This document shows positions 1-12,011 of a DNA stretch of 63,757 bases, piece after piece. The position numbers were made by a program, and so were the translations under genes. The number at the start of each line of letters is the position of its first letter. Position 1 is the first letter of the stretch. Below the pieces are notes generated by a model. It made no database searches and was not told where the DNA came from. It worked only from the letters and a program-made list of their open reading frames with translations. Source of the stretch: Trebonia sp. (GTDB lineage Bacteria > Actinomycetota > Actinomycetes > Streptosporangiales > Streptosporangiaceae); contig DATCGA010000501.1 of assembly GCA_036509215.1 (NCBI GenBank), positions 1 to 63,757 of the forward strand, read 5' to 3'.

Positions 1-1523
1 ACCTGGCCGCCCCGCTCTCGGCCGGGGCGACCACCACGGTCAGCCAGGCGCCGGGCGTGCGGGCGGCCATGGCGGTCTCGGTCAACCAGGTGGCGACGCC
101 CTCGCAGGTAGTGGCCATCGACGCCGCCCAGGCGCCTAAGGTCGCCCTGCTGCGGGCCGATCAGTCGAGCCTCCCGCCGGCCGCGCTGCTGCGCTCGATC
201 ACCCCGGCGCCGTCGTCCGGCGGGCTGCCCGTCAGCGGCAGGCCGCAGGCGGTTCACTTCACCGTCACGATGAGCCGCGCTCCCGAGCTCGACTCGGTGA
301 CCGCGCAGCTCACCATCACCGACGCGACCGGCGCCGCCTTTCAGCTCTCGTCGGGGCTGTTCACCGCCGACGGCCGTCCGCACGTGCTCACCGCCTCACT
401 CGGCGGTGCCCACGCCGCCTACCCGCTCCGGCTCACCCAGGTGACCCTCTTCTACACGATGCCCGCGAAGCAACTGAAGACCCCGATCACGCTGACCGTC
501 GCCGGGGCGACCCCCACGACCTGGACCGCGGACGCAAGCTCACCCGAGCTCGACTCGCAGCTCAACGTCGGCGAGATCTTCGGCGCGTCAGCCGACCCGG
601 CGGTGACCGGCTGGCAGTCCGCGCCCGGCGGCGCGACGCTCACGTTCACCCCCGGCTTCGGGCGATGGTCGGCCACTCCCGGCGCTCCGCCGTCGCAGGT
701 CATCACCGAGCCGCTAGCCGGGCAGGTCACGCTCTCCGCCCCGGTCGCCGTGCCGACCGCGGTTCCCACCATCGCGACTCGGGCGTTCGACAGCGCGAAC
801 AACGCCCACGTCGGCACGATCGTGCAGGCCACCATCAACGGCATAACCGTGCCGGCGAAGATCGTGGCCGTCGCGAACGCGTTCCCGACCGTCGACGGGG
901 CCGGCCTGGTGATGGACCTGCCGACCCTCGAGGCGTTCCTGATCGGCCACAACACCGACCCGGTGGCCGTCACCCAATGGTGGCTGTCCACCGCCGGCGG
1001 GCAGGTCCCCGCGTCCCTGGCGCGGGCGATGCCGCCCGGCGCGACGATCACCGGCAGCGCCGCCCTCGCCGCCTCGACCGTGGCCGACCCGCTGTCGGCC
1101 GCACCGCAGCAGGCGCTGCTGGCCATGGCGGTGGCGGCCGCGCTGCTGGCGATCTCCGGCTTCTGGGTCTCGATCGCGGCGAACGTCAGGCAGCGGCGCG
1201 CGGAGAACGCGCTGCTGGCGGCGCTCGGCGTCAACCAGCGGTCGGCCGCCGCGCAGTTGTTCATTGAGAAGCTGCTCCTATCGGTTCCGGCGGCCGCGCT
1301 CGGCCTGGTCCTCGGCTCGGTCGTCGCCCGGCTGCTGGTGCCCGCGGTCACGCTCAGCTCCACCGCGCAGATCCCGGTCCCGCCGCCGGTAACACTGTTC
1401 GACCTGCCGCAGACGGTCCCGCTGGCGGTCGCGGTGGCGGTGCTCCCCGCGCTGGCGGCCGCGCTCGTCATCTTCCGCCGGCCCGATCCGGCCGCCGAGC
1501 TTCGCGCAGCGGAGGTGGCGTGA
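1..1523 (+). CDS. FtsX/MacB-type ABC transporter permease (5' partial)
   Basis: Frame is open from the window start. C-terminal TM block has RRAENALLAALG, typical of FtsX permeases. Stop overlaps the next start (GTGA). Confidence 0.85.
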   Translation, partial: LAAPLSAGATTTVSQAPGVRAAMAVSVNQVATPSQVVAIDAAQAPKVALLRADQSSLPPAALLRSITPAPSSGGLPVSGRPQAVHFTVTMSRAPELDSVTAQLTITDATGAAFQLSSGLFTADGRPHVLTASLGGAHAAYPLRLTQVTLFYTMPAKQLKTPITLTVAGATPTTWTADASSPELDSQLNVGEIFGASADPAVTGWQSAPGGATLTFTPGFGRWSATPGAPPSQVITEPLAGQVTLSAPVAVPTAVPTIATRAFDSANNAHVGTIVQATINGITVPAKIVAVANAFPTVDGAGLVMDLPTLEAFLIGHNTDPVAVTQWWLSTAGGQVPASLARAMPPGATITGSAALAASTVADPLSAAPQQALLAMAVAAALLAISGFWVSIAANVRQRRAENALLAALGVNQRSAAAQLFIEKLLLSVPAAALGLVLGSVVARLLVPAVTLSSTAQIPVPPPVTLFDLPQTVPLAVAVAVLPALAAALVIFRRPDPAAELRAAEVA

Positions 1524-4387
1524 GCATGAGGAACCTCCGCGTGCGCGCCATCTACCTCGCGCTGGCGCTGCTCACGTTCTTCGCGGTGTTCGCGGCGACC
1601 GCCGGCGCGCGGGAGGCGCTCGCCACCAGGACGCAGGCGGTGCGGCAGACGATCGCCGACAACCCGCCGACGTCGCGGACCATCACCGTCGCATCGACCT
1701 GGAACGACGTGCAGAGCGCGCTCGCCTCGACGGTCCCCAACGGGCTGCCGCCCACCGTGGACTCGAACACGATCGACAGCATCAGCGGTGAGCTGCGCGC
1801 GGACTTCGACCAGGGCCCGGTCACCCTCAGCCCGCCCAGCGCCGACCTGTCGCTGATGACAACCAGGCTCAACCTGGTGCCGGCCGACCTGCCCGGCACG
1901 GGCGAGACGCCGGTCAAGATCGAGATCACCGAACGGCAGCCGTTCCCCGAGCAGATGCGGCTGGTATCGGGCCGCTATCCGGTGGCGACACCCGCTCCAG
2001 CGCCCACGACCAGCGCCGGCATGCCCGTCGTGACCCAGCCCGGCGCCAAGCCCATCGTCGTCAATCCCAGCACCGGCAAGCCCATCAAGCCGGGCAGCAA
2101 GCAAAAGGCGCCGGCCCCGAAGGTGATCACCCTTCAGGTCGCGATGAGCACGAAGACCGCCGCCAGGTTCCGCCTGCACGCCGGCTCGAAGTTCGTGCTG
2201 ACCGGCCCGGAGCAGGAGTCGACGGGCAAGGTCGCCCAGATCACCATCCTCGTCACCGGGATCGTGGCCCCGATCGACCCCGCCTCGAACTTCTGGTCAG
2301 TCGACCCCGCCATCCTCGCCCCCGCCCTCCAGGGGCCGACCGACAATCCGTACTGGGCGGGCGCGGTCATGGTCGGGCCGGGCGAGACCCAGGAGCTCGA
2401 GCAGTACTTCCACACGGCCAATCTCCAGCTGGAGTGGGTGTTCCCGCTCGACACGAGCTCCCTCAGCGGCCAGCAGGTCCAGCCACTGGCCACCGCGCTT
2501 GGCACGATCACCACTCAGGTGCCGACGCTCGTGGGCGTCCTCGCGCCGGTCGCCCCCACGCTGACGACCTCATCGAACCTGCTGTACGCGCTCAACCAGT
2601 TCATCGCCACCGCGCAGTCGGTGGACACCCTGCTGTGGCTGCTCTACGTGAGCCTGACGATCACCGGCCTGGCCGTGCTCGTGCTGGCCGCGCGGATGGT
2701 CGCGATGCGCAGGCGAGGCGAGCTCACGGTCATCAGAGCGCGGGGAGCGTCGCTGCGCCAGATCGCCGTCGGCACCGGGGCCGGGGCCGCGCTCGTCTGC
2801 GTGCCCGCGGCCGTGATCGGGGCCGTGCTGGCGATCGTCGCCGTCCCCGGGGCCGACTCGGCCCAGGGCGCCGGCGCGGCCGGCGGCTGGTGGCCGCCGG
2901 CCGCGGTGCTGGTCGTCGCCGTCTGCGCTCCCGCGCTCATCGCCGCCTGGCAGCACCGCCTGCCCAAGCCCGGACTGCCCGACCGGCGCCAGATCAGGGC
3001 CAGGGCCCGGCTGATCATCGAGGTGACGCTGATCGCCGCCGCGGTGGCCGGCATCGTCGTGTTCCGCAACCAGGGCAGCCAGGCCGGATCCGGCGTCAAC
3101 TTCTACACCAGCGCCGCGCCGGCCCTGGTCGCCGTACCGGTCGTGATCGTCGTGCTCCGGCTGTACCCGCTGGTGCTGGGCGGACTGCTCCGCCTCTCGA
3201 CCCGCACCAGCCGCGCGCCCGCGTTCCTCGGCCTGGCCCGGGCCTCCAGGACCGCGCTCACCCCCGCGCTGCCCGCGTTCGCCCTCGTCCTCGCGCTCAC
3301 GGTCGCGGCCTTCGCCGGCATGGTCAGGGACGCGGTGACCAACGGCGAGGTCGCGGCGTCGTGGCAGTCGACCGGCGCCGACGCGACCGTCACGCCCGCA
3401 CCGGACCTCATCATCCCGCCCAACGTTGTGCGGGACATCGCCAGCGTGCCCGGCGTCACGCACTCGACCGCGGTATGGAACCTGCTCTGGGAGACCTCGG
3501 CCGACGCGCAGCTCAACGTCCTCGCCGTGGACCCGGCCAGCTACGCGGCGCTGGTGGCCGGCTCGCAGGGGTTCCCCGGGGTGGACGCCGGATCGATCGC
3601 GGTGCCGCGCGGGGCGGGGTCGCCGCAGCCGGTCTTGGCGTCTCCCCAGGCCGCCGCCGATCTCGGCCGCGGCGTGGTCTCGCTCAGCACCGACCAGGCC
3701 GTCGTCGCGCCGGTCCGGGTCCGGGTGGCGGGCGTCCTGTCGAGCACCCCCGCGCTGCCCGGCGGCGGCGCGTGGGTGATCATGCCGGTCGCCGCGATCA
3801 GGTCGACCGCCACCCCGCCGGTGCCGGCCCCCACCACCGAGATGCTGCTGAACGGCGGATCGATCGACCACGCGAAGCTGTCCGCGCTGGTGACGCGCAC
3901 GCTGTTCGGCGGCACCGTGACCTACCGCTCCGACGTGCTGTCCGGGCTCGCCAACGGTCCGCTCCAGCACGGGGCGTTCATCCTGTTCACGCTCGCGGTC
4001 GGGGTCGCGGCCATCCTCGGCCTGGCGGTGATGCTCCTCGAGCTCGCGCTCGGCGCCTCGGAACGCGACGCGACGCTGGCCCGGCTGGCCACGATGGGCC
4101 TCGGCGAGGGGCAGCGGGCCTGGGTGGTGGCGCTCGAGGTGCTGCCCGCGGTGATAGCGGCGGCGGCGGCGGCCTGGGCCTGCGCCGTCGCGCTGCCGAG
4201 GGTGCTGGCGCCGGACGTCAATCTGTCGGTGTTCACCGGGTCCTCCGTCTCGGTGCCGCTGGCGGCCAACGTCGCGGCCATCGTGGTACCGATCTTCGGC
4301 CTCGCATTGGTCGCCGTGCTGTCGCTCGGCCTCGAGATAAGGTGGGGACGCCGACGCGGCGCGGCTTCCCTTCGGGTAGGCGAATGA
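1520..4387 (+). CDS. FtsX/MacB-type ABC transporter permease
   Basis: Two FtsX-like repeats (RRGELTVIRARGAS; ERDATLARLATMG) with large extracytoplasmic loops. Confidence 0.85.
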   Translation: MSMRNLRVRAIYLALALLTFFAVFAATAGAREALATRTQAVRQTIADNPPTSRTITVASTWNDVQSALASTVPNGLPPTVDSNTIDSISGELRADFDQGPVTLSPPSADLSLMTTRLNLVPADLPGTGETPVKIEITERQPFPEQMRLVSGRYPVATPAPAPTTSAGMPVVTQPGAKPIVVNPSTGKPIKPGSKQKAPAPKVITLQVAMSTKTAARFRLHAGSKFVLTGPEQESTGKVAQITILVTGIVAPIDPASNFWSVDPAILAPALQGPTDNPYWAGAVMVGPGETQELEQYFHTANLQLEWVFPLDTSSLSGQQVQPLATALGTITTQVPTLVGVLAPVAPTLTTSSNLLYALNQFIATAQSVDTLLWLLYVSLTITGLAVLVLAARMVAMRRRGELTVIRARGASLRQIAVGTGAGAALVCVPAAVIGAVLAIVAVPGADSAQGAGAAGGWWPPAAVLVVAVCAPALIAAWQHRLPKPGLPDRRQIRARARLIIEVTLIAAAVAGIVVFRNQGSQAGSGVNFYTSAAPALVAVPVVIVVLRLYPLVLGGLLRLSTRTSRAPAFLGLARASRTALTPALPAFALVLALTVAAFAGMVRDAVTNGEVAASWQSTGADATVTPAPDLIIPPNVVRDIASVPGVTHSTAVWNLLWETSADAQLNVLAVDPASYAALVAGSQGFPGVDAGSIAVPRGAGSPQPVLASPQAAADLGRGVVSLSTDQAVVAPVRVRVAGVLSSTPALPGGGAWVIMPVAAIRSTATPPVPAPTTEMLLNGGSIDHAKLSALVTRTLFGGTVTYRSDVLSGLANGPLQHGAFILFTLAVGVAAILGLAVMLLELALGASERDATLARLATMGLGEGQRAWVVALEVLPAVIAAAAAAWACAVALPRVLAPDVNLSVFTGSSVSVPLAANVAAIVVPIFGLALVAVLSLGLEIRWGRRRGAASLRVGE

Positions 4388-4397
4388 ACGGGAGAAC

Positions 4398-5428
<1,031 letters not shown>

Positions 5429-5432
<4 letters not shown>

Positions 5433-6157
5433 GCAGCCCAGCCAGCGGCGACCTGTCGGCGTCCCCGTCGACGGTCGAGCGCGGAGTCATGGTCGACGTG
5501 CGGGACGTCACCCGCACCTACGGCAGCGGCCCGACCGCGACCGCCGCCCTGCGCGGCGTCACCTTCTCCATCGGCGAGGGAAGGCTGGTGGCGCTCCGCG
5601 GCCGGTCCGGTTCCGGCAAGACCACGCTGCTCAACGTCGTGGGCGGGCTCGACTCGCCCAGCGGCGGCACGGTCCACGTGGCCGGCCAGGACGTGACCGG
5701 CATGGGCGAGCGGGGCCGGATGCGGCTGCGCCGGGAGACCGTGGCCTATATCTTCCAGTCGTTCGGCCTGCTGCCGGTGCTGTCGGCGTCGGAGAACGTC
5801 GGCGTGCCGCTGCGGATCGCCGGCCTCGCGCCGCGCGAGCGGGAGGAGCGGGTGGCGCTGATGCTGTCGATCGTCGGCCTGGCCGACCACGCCAAGCAGC
5901 GCCCGGGCGAGCTCTCCGGCGGCCAGCAGCAGCGGGTCGCGATCGCCCGCGCGCTCGCCAGCAGGCCCAAGCTGCTGCTGGCGGACGAGCCCACCGGCCA
6001 GCTCGACCAGGAAACCGGGAAGCAGATCATGCGGCTGCTGCGCGCGGTCGTGCGCTCCGAGGGCGTCACCGCGCTGGTCGCCACCCACGACCCGGTCCTG
6101 ATCGGCCTGGCCGACGAGGTCCTCAGCCTGGAAGACGGCCGGATCACGGCCGCCTGA
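5429..6157 (+). CDS. ABC transporter ATP-binding protein (LolD/MacB type)
   Basis: GRSGSGKTT, LSGGQQQR, LLADEPTGQLD; GTG start overlaps the upstream stop. Confidence 0.92.
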
Positions 6158-6189
6158 CGGCGGCTCGCGGCCCGTCTAGGCGCGGGCGG

Positions 6190-7113
6190 TCAGGCGACCG
6201 TGGTGCCGGCGCTGGCCGACAGGTCCGCGTAGAGCCCGGTCAGCTGCTTGGTGACCGGGCCGGCCGCGCCGTCGCCGATGGAACGGCCGTCCACCGAGAC
6301 CACCGGGGCCAGGCCGCCCATCGTGCCGGTGACGAAGACTTCGGACGCGTTGTAGAGCTGCGGCAGCGTGTAGTCGCCCTCGGCCCAGCTGACGCCGCAC
6401 GACGAGGCCAGCCGGAGCACGGTCGCGCGGGTGATCCCCTCCGGGCATGCGGCCGTGGTCGGCGTCGCGAGGGTTCCGCCGGCCCCGCCCGATCGGTCAC
6501 CGGGCAGCACCATGAACAGGTGGGTGGCGTTGGTCTCGGCGATGAAGCCGCGGTTGTCGAGCATGACCGCGTCGTCCGCGCCCGCCACGTTCGCCTCGAT
6601 CTTCGCCAGGATCGAGGTCAGCAGGTTGTTGTGGTGGATCTTGGGGTCCAGCGAGTCCGGGGCGGTGCGCCGCACACTCGACGTGATCAGCCGGATCCCC
6701 GCCAGGTCGTACACCGGGTCCTTGAACTCGGCCAGCACGATCAGCGTCGGCCCGGAGACGTTCAGCCGCGGGTCCATCCCCGAGGTGAGCTTGACGCCGC
6801 GGGTGAGGGTCAGCCGGATGTGCACGCCGGAGTGCATCGCGTTGGCGGCCAGCGTGCGGCTGATCTCGGCGATGATCGACTCGTCGGACGGCACCGAGGC
6901 GAAGCCCAGCGCGTGCGCCGACCGGCGGAGCCGGGCCAGGTGCTCGTCAAGGGCGAAGATCCGGCCGTTGGCGAGCCGGAGGCCCTCCCAGACCGCGTCC
7001 CCGCCCTGCACGACCGAGTCGAACGGGGACACCCCCGCCTCGTCCCGGTGCGACAGGCGGCCGCCGACGTTGACGATCAGGTCGCGGTTACGCTCGTCGA
7101 ACTTCTGCAGCAA
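6190..7113 (-). CDS. Class IV PLP-dependent aminotransferase (BCAT/D-amino-acid transaminase-like)
   Basis: GDAVWEGLR, DPKIHHNNLL, IAETNATHLF, PEGITR, EVFVTGT; TTG start chosen. Confidence 0.88.
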   Translation of the reverse strand: MLQKFDERNRDLIVNVGGRLSHRDEAGVSPFDSVVQGGDAVWEGLRLANGRIFALDEHLARLRRSAHALGFASVPSDESIIAEISRTLAANAMHSGVHIRLTLTRGVKLTSGMDPRLNVSGPTLIVLAEFKDPVYDLAGIRLITSSVRRTAPDSLDPKIHHNNLLTSILAKIEANVAGADDAVMLDNRGFIAETNATHLFMVLPGDRSGGAGGTLATPTTAACPEGITRATVLRLASSCGVSWAEGDYTLPQLYNASEVFVTGTMGGLAPVVSVDGRSIGDGAAGPVTKQLTGLYADLSASAGTTVA

Positions 7114-7129
7114 TGCATTGCCCCCAGAG

Positions 7130-7897
7130 TCAGCCGCTACCGTTCGGGATATCGATGTTGATCTTATTTCCGCTGAGCCGCTCGTAGTAAGGCAGGCACT
7201 GCTCGAGCAGCGGCTCGAGCGACGGCGCGAGCTCGGCGGGCGGCCCCGGTGTGACCGGGGCGAACCCGGTCGACCGCCAGACACTGTCGTACCAGTAAGG
7301 CGCCCACACCCCGTCAGTGGCACGCGCGCCGGCCGGCCACGACAGCATCGCCGCAGAAAACGGCACGCCGAGGGCCGCGCACAGCGCCCGCAGCCCCGCC
7401 TCCGGGGCGGCGAGCAGGTCGGCGGAGTCGATGACGGGGCCGCCGAACTCCTCGAACAGCCACGCCTGCTGCCGCAGCCCTAGGTCGTCCCGGGTCGGCG
7501 CGGACCGGACGCGGGCGTAGGAGGCCAGCAGCGACCGCGGGTCCCTGATCAGGAACGCGTGCCGGAACGGCGCGAACGCGGTCAGGTCGACCGACGGCAG
7601 CACGTGGTGCGTCATGTGCTTGGCATAGCCGATGGCCGCCCCGGGCGACAGCGGATCATCGGCCAGCGACGACACCACCGCCTCCCACGACGTCGGCTGG
7701 CTCGCGATCACGTCGTCCCGGCCCGGATGGTCAAGGCCGGTCGACGACAGGTAGTACGCGTAGAGCGGCTCGTCGAAGACGACCGTGTCGGACCGGTTCT
7801 CCCAGGCGCGCATCATCGCGGTGGAGACGGTTCGCGGCCCGGACCACATCGCGATCCGCGTCGAGCCGGACGGCGTCGCCGCCGCGGAAGCGGTCAG
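7130..7897 (-). CDS. Sulfotransferase-fold P-loop protein (BCAT-like-protein N-terminal family)
   Basis: [49 protein letters not shown]. Start is uncertain: CTG 7897 or ATG 7849. Confidence 0.75.
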   Translation of the reverse strand: MTASAAATPSGSTRIAMWSGPRTVSTAMMRAWENRSDTVVFDEPLYAYYLSSTGLDHPGRDDVIASQPTSWEAVVSSLADDPLSPGAAIGYAKHMTHHVLPSVDLTAFAPFRHAFLIRDPRSLLASYARVRSAPTRDDLGLRQQAWLFEEFGGPVIDSADLLAAPEAGLRALCAALGVPFSAAMLSWPAGARATDGVWAPYWYDSVWRSTGFAPVTPGPPAELAPSLEPLLEQCLPYYERLSGNKINIDIPNGSG

Positions 7898-8979
7898 AAC
7901 AGCACCACGCTGCGGAGGACCTCGCCGCGCTCCATCTTGTGGAACGCCGCCTCGACGTCGCCGAGGCCGATCGTCTCCGAGACGAACTTCTCCAGCGGCA
8001 GCCGGCCGTCCAGGTGCAGGTCGACCAGCATCGGGAAGTCCCGGCTGGGCAGGCAGTCCCCGTACCAGGAGGACTTGAGCGCGCCCCCGCGTCCGAACAC
8101 CTCTTGCAGCGGCAGTTCCAGCCGCATCTCCGGTGTCGGCACGCCGACCAGCACCACGACGCCGGCCAGGTCCCGCGCGTTGAACGCCTGCGTGTAGGTC
8201 TCGGGCCGCCCGACCGCGTCGATCACCACGTCGGCCCCGAAGCCGTCGGTGAGCTCCCTGATCCCCTCGACCGCGTCGGCCGACCGGGAGTTGATCGTGT
8301 GCGTGGCGCCGAAGTCGCGGGCCCAGCCGAGCTTCCTGTCGTCCACGTCGACCGCGATGATCGTCTTCGCGCCCGCCAGCCGGGCGCCGAGCACGGCGGC
8401 GTCGCCGACCCCGCCGCAGCCGATCACCGCGACCGTGTCGCCCCGCGACACCCCGGCCGTGTTGATCGCCGCGCCCAGGCCGGCCATCACCCCGCAGCCG
8501 AGCAGCCCGGCCGTGGCCGGGCCGATGGCCGGGTTGACCTTCGTGCACTGGCCGGCCGCGACCAGCGTCTTCTCGGCGAACGCGCCGATGCCGAGCGCGG
8601 GCGAGAGCGGGGTGCCGTCGGCCAGCGTCATCTTCTGGGTCGCGTTGTGGGTGGCGAAGCAGTACCACGGGCGGCCGCGCTTGCACGCCCGGCACTGCCC
8701 GCAGACCGCGCGCCAGTTGAGGATGACGAAGTCACCCGGGGCCACATCGGTCACGCCGTCACCGACGGCCTCGACGACCCCGGCCGCCTCGTGCCCGAGT
8801 AGGTACGGGAAGTCCTCGCCGATGCCGCCCATCTTGTAGTGCAGGTCGGTGTGGCAGACACCGCACGCCTGGACGTTGACCAGCGCCTCGCCCGGGCCCG
8901 GCTCGGGCACCAGGATCTCGGTGACCTCGACCGCCTCGCCCTTGCCTCGCGCCACCACGCCACGCACGCTGATCGCCAT
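7894..8979 (-). CDS. mscR: S-(hydroxymethyl)mycothiol dehydrogenase / S-nitrosomycothiol reductase
   Basis: [48 protein letters not shown]; GAGGAG RBS. Confidence 0.92.
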   Translation of the reverse strand: MAISVRGVVARGKGEAVEVTEILVPEPGPGEALVNVQACGVCHTDLHYKMGGIGEDFPYLLGHEAAGVVEAVGDGVTDVAPGDFVILNWRAVCGQCRACKRGRPWYCFATHNATQKMTLADGTPLSPALGIGAFAEKTLVAAGQCTKVNPAIGPATAGLLGCGVMAGLGAAINTAGVSRGDTVAVIGCGGVGDAAVLGARLAGAKTIIAVDVDDRKLGWARDFGATHTINSRSADAVEGIRELTDGFGADVVIDAVGRPETYTQAFNARDLAGVVVLVGVPTPEMRLELPLQEVFGRGGALKSSWYGDCLPSRDFPMLVDLHLDGRLPLEKFVSETIGLGDVEAAFHKMERGEVLRSVVLF

Positions 8980-9125
8980 CCCGGGCTCCTCCTCGTTCTT
9001 GAAAAACCAAGATCTTCCTATCGAACGGACCGTGTCTTCGCCTGGCCCGCCTAACGCATTCTGGTACTCCGACAGCCGACTCGTACAGCACCAGCCAGCA
9101 ACCAGCCCGCTACCCGGACCCCCGG

Positions 9126-10367
9126 TCAGACGCGGTCGGCGGCGGGACCGCGCCAGGAGACCGCGCGGCCCGAGTAGTGGCGGCGCGCGGAGTCGGCCGT
9201 CATCGCGGCGTACAGCAGCGCGATCAGCGGCAGCGCGGGCGCGCGCAGCGGCGACAGCCGGTAGAACCGGAGCATCGGCAGGTAGCTCGCCGTCATCAGC
9301 CCCCAGCCGAGCAGGCCGGCGATCCCGGTGACGGCCACGTCGGCCCCGGCCGAGCCGACGCCGACCGCGATCAGCGCGGCGATCACGCCCGCGGGCGGCA
9401 CCGCGTAGAGCAGCAGCAGGCCGGCCAGCGTGCCCGCCAGCAGGGCCGGGTTGTACCGGAGCTGGACGTAGGCGGACCGGGCGATCATGTGCCAGAGGCT
9501 GCCCAGGCTCGGGTACGGCCGGTCGGACCTGATATCGGTGGTGAGTCCGAGCCAGATGCGGCTGCCGTTCTTCTTGAGCAGCGTGCCGAGGGCCACGTCG
9601 TCGATCAGCGCGCCCCGCATCGGCTCGAGGCCGCCGGCCCGTTCCAGCGCCTCGGTCTTGATCAGCATGCAGCCGCCCGCCCCGGCCGAGGTACCGCTCC
9701 CCGGGTCGTTGACCTTCCTGAACGGGTAGAGCTGGGCGAAGAAGTAGACGAAGGCGGGGACGACCACCCGCTCCCAGGCCGTCTCCGCCCGGAGCAGGGC
9801 CATCTGGGAGACCAGGGCGCGGTCGTCGTCTTCCGCCGCCTGGACCAGGTCCCGCAGCGCGGTCGGCGCCCAGGCGATGTCCGCGTCGGTGAACAGCACG
9901 TAGCCGGGGCGCGCGGCGACCGCGTCCCCGGTCCCTCCGGTTCCGGCCAGGCTCCCCGCGCCGACGGCGGCCGCCAGGCCCTGGGACATCGCCCAGACCT
10001 TGCCGGCCCAGCCGTCCGGCCGGGGACGGCCTGCGACGACGGTCAGCGCCGCGCCGCCGTCCCGCGCCGCCTTCTCGCCGAGCTCGGCCGCGACGACGGC
10101 GGTGCCGTCGTCGCTCCGGTCATCGACCAGGAAGACGCGGAACTGGCCGGGGTACTCCTGCGCCAGCAGCGCCGGCAGCGTCCCGGGGAGAGAGTCCGCC
10201 TCGTTGCGGGCAGGCACGACGGCGACGACGGCCGGCCACGACGCGCGGCCGGCTCGGCCCCGCTGCGGCGGCAGCCGCTCTCCGGTCCGCCAGAAACCCC
10301 CGTGCGCCGCCACCAGGTAGACCCACGCGGCGGCGCTTACCGCACAGGCGATCGCGAGTCCAAGCAC
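9126..10367 (-). CDS. Glycosyltransferase family 2 (HpnB-like)
   Basis: [46 protein letters not shown]; terminal TM helices. Confidence 0.85.
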   Translation of the reverse strand: MLGLAIACAVSAAAWVYLVAAHGGFWRTGERLPPQRGRAGRASWPAVVAVVPARNEADSLPGTLPALLAQEYPGQFRVFLVDDRSDDGTAVVAAELGEKAARDGGAALTVVAGRPRPDGWAGKVWAMSQGLAAAVGAGSLAGTGGTGDAVAARPGYVLFTDADIAWAPTALRDLVQAAEDDDRALVSQMALLRAETAWERVVVPAFVYFFAQLYPFRKVNDPGSGTSAGAGGCMLIKTEALERAGGLEPMRGALIDDVALGTLLKKNGSRIWLGLTTDIRSDRPYPSLGSLWHMIARSAYVQLRYNPALLAGTLAGLLLLYAVPPAGVIAALIAVGVGSAGADVAVTGIAGLLGWGLMTASYLPMLRFYRLSPLRAPALPLIALLYAAMTADSARRHYSGRAVSWRGPAADRV

Positions 10368-10389
10368 GCCAGCAGCTTGGCACACGCTG

Positions 10390-10608
10390 CTAGCGGTGTG
10401 CTCCCGGCCCTTCGATAGAGATCCAAGACAAGGTGTCGAGGATCGTGTCGTGGACCCCGGAGAGCTGGATGCTGGCGGGCACCTCGAACTCGCGCCTGAC
10501 GGCTTCGAAGTCGATCGGCTGCCCCAGGCGGCACCGCCAGCCATCGGGGTTCATGATGAATCCTCCGTCCACGGCCACATTCCCGATGCGAAGGATGTGG
10601 TCGGCCAT
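10390..10608 (-). CDS. Small hypothetical protein, possibly a gene remnant
   Basis: 72-aa ORF MADHILRIGNVAVDGG with a globular-looking composition. Confidence 0.35.
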   Translation of the reverse strand: MADHILRIGNVAVDGGFIMNPDGWRCRLGQPIDFEAVRREFEVPASIQLSGVHDTILDTLSWISIEGPGAHR

Positions 10609-10756
10609 CGGAAGGAGGTTCGCGTACGGCTCACCGGCGATTGCCGACCGCCGTTCGATACGCGTCACCGCATGACTCGGTTCTGCACGGCAGAAGCCTG
10701 GCACATCCCCGGCGCAGCCGGACACCCGTAACAGCCTCCTGTTGCTACGCGGCCAC

Positions 10757-10975
10757 CTACATGGCCACCAGGCCGCGCTGGCCGTCATACGCGCGGGCCT
10801 GGATCCGCGCAGGCCGCTTCGGGCGCGTTTCGCGCAGGTAGGCGGGCACGCTGCGGCTCTCGGCGGGATGCCGGTCCGGATGACGCAGCACGAGCCAGAG
10901 CGGGACGCCGACCCAGACACCGAATGCGAGGGTCATCAGCGGGATGTTCATCCACAGAACTTGAGCGGTCATCAT
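10757..10975 (-). CDS. Small single-TM membrane protein
   Basis: GAGGAGG RBS; hydrophobic N-terminus WMNIPLMTLAFGVWVGVPLWLVL followed by RHPD. Confidence 0.7.
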   Translation of the reverse strand: MMTAQVLWMNIPLMTLAFGVWVGVPLWLVLRHPDRHPAESRSVPAYLRETRPKRPARIQARAYDGQRGLVAM

Positions 10976-11140
10976 TGCCTCCTCGACCCGCTTTCCTGAC
11001 GCGGGCCTTCATCGCCACGTCCTCACGATGCCCGGCCCGTCTCCGCTGGCCCCGTAGCCGGGCTATGCACCGGCTCTGCATGCCGACGGTTCCTCTGAGC
11101 CTCCTCTGCGTGCGTACGGAAAGCCCGACAGCATGAACGA

Positions 11141-11887
11141 TCAGAGATCCGCAAAGAATTGCGCAGCATCATAATTGGCGATGAGGCGCGCCAAGCCCAA
11201 AGGGCTCTGGCCGCTTTTGTTAACCAGGAACGGATCCGCACCGCGCTCCCGAAGCAACGCGATAAGTTCGCCCCGGCCTCGCGAGTTGAAGACCGCGACG
11301 AAGAGCGGCGTGTTACCGAAATGGTTTGCGCGATCGACTTCTGCACCGTGGTCGAGCAGCAGGCGGGCCGTCTCAAGCGCGCCCGCTTGGGCCGTCAGAT
11401 GCAACGGCGTGAAACCGAGCCTATCGCCGCAGTTTGGGTCGTCTCCCTCAGCGAGCCTTGCCTCGGCTTCGGCAACGTTGTTCGCCATGGCCGCATAATG
11501 CAACGGCAGTCGACCCTCACGATCAACGTCAGCCAGATCCTCTAGCCGCCAGTCGTTCGGCACCGGAAGCAGATCAGGACGCTCTCGTCCGACCCATGGG
11601 ATCACCTCGTTCAATGCGACCGGTGTCAGATCGTGAAGCCATGCCGGATCCAGTCGACCGGATCGCACGAAGATCCGAGCGAGGGACTCACCGCAAGAAG
11701 CGACTACCAGATCATGCTCGGCGGGATCGCTCGCGATCTGCAGCAAGGCAGTGAGCGCGGCATCGTCATCGCATTGACCGAGATACATAGCCGCATCATC
11801 GCGCTCGTCAATGCGCGCCGTACGATCCTGCAGAATCGCCGCCAACGCAGCTACGTCCGGTCCTGTCGAATGCCCCGACAACGCCAC
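11141..11887 (-). CDS. Ankyrin-repeat protein with N-terminal HEAT-like domain
   Basis: GRLPLHYAA, GFTPLHLTA, GNTPLFVAV, GQSPLGLA; N-terminal ERDDAAMYLG...SCGESLA helical domain. Confidence 0.75.
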   Translation of the reverse strand: MALSGHSTGPDVAALAAILQDRTARIDERDDAAMYLGQCDDDAALTALLQIASDPAEHDLVVASCGESLARIFVRSGRLDPAWLHDLTPVALNEVIPWVGRERPDLLPVPNDWRLEDLADVDREGRLPLHYAAMANNVAEAEARLAEGDDPNCGDRLGFTPLHLTAQAGALETARLLLDHGAEVDRANHFGNTPLFVAVFNSRGRGELIALLRERGADPFLVNKSGQSPLGLARLIANYDAAQFFADL

Positions 11888-11961
11888 TCCCCGGCGCTAG
11901 GATCGTTTCCCGACAACGCGCTGCTGCGCAGGCGGATGAACTCTTCAGCCGATTCAATCAT
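11851..11961 (-). pseudogene. 5' remnant of a HEAT-repeat/immunity-like gene
   Basis: GGAGG RBS then MIESAEEFIRLRSS, which from memory resembles the N-terminus of a small helical-repeat family. The ORF stops after 36 aa. Confidence 0.4.
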
Positions 11962-12011
11962 CACGCACCTCCGACCCCCGGCACTTGCTGGATCAGCATG
12001 ATGAGCCCGGG

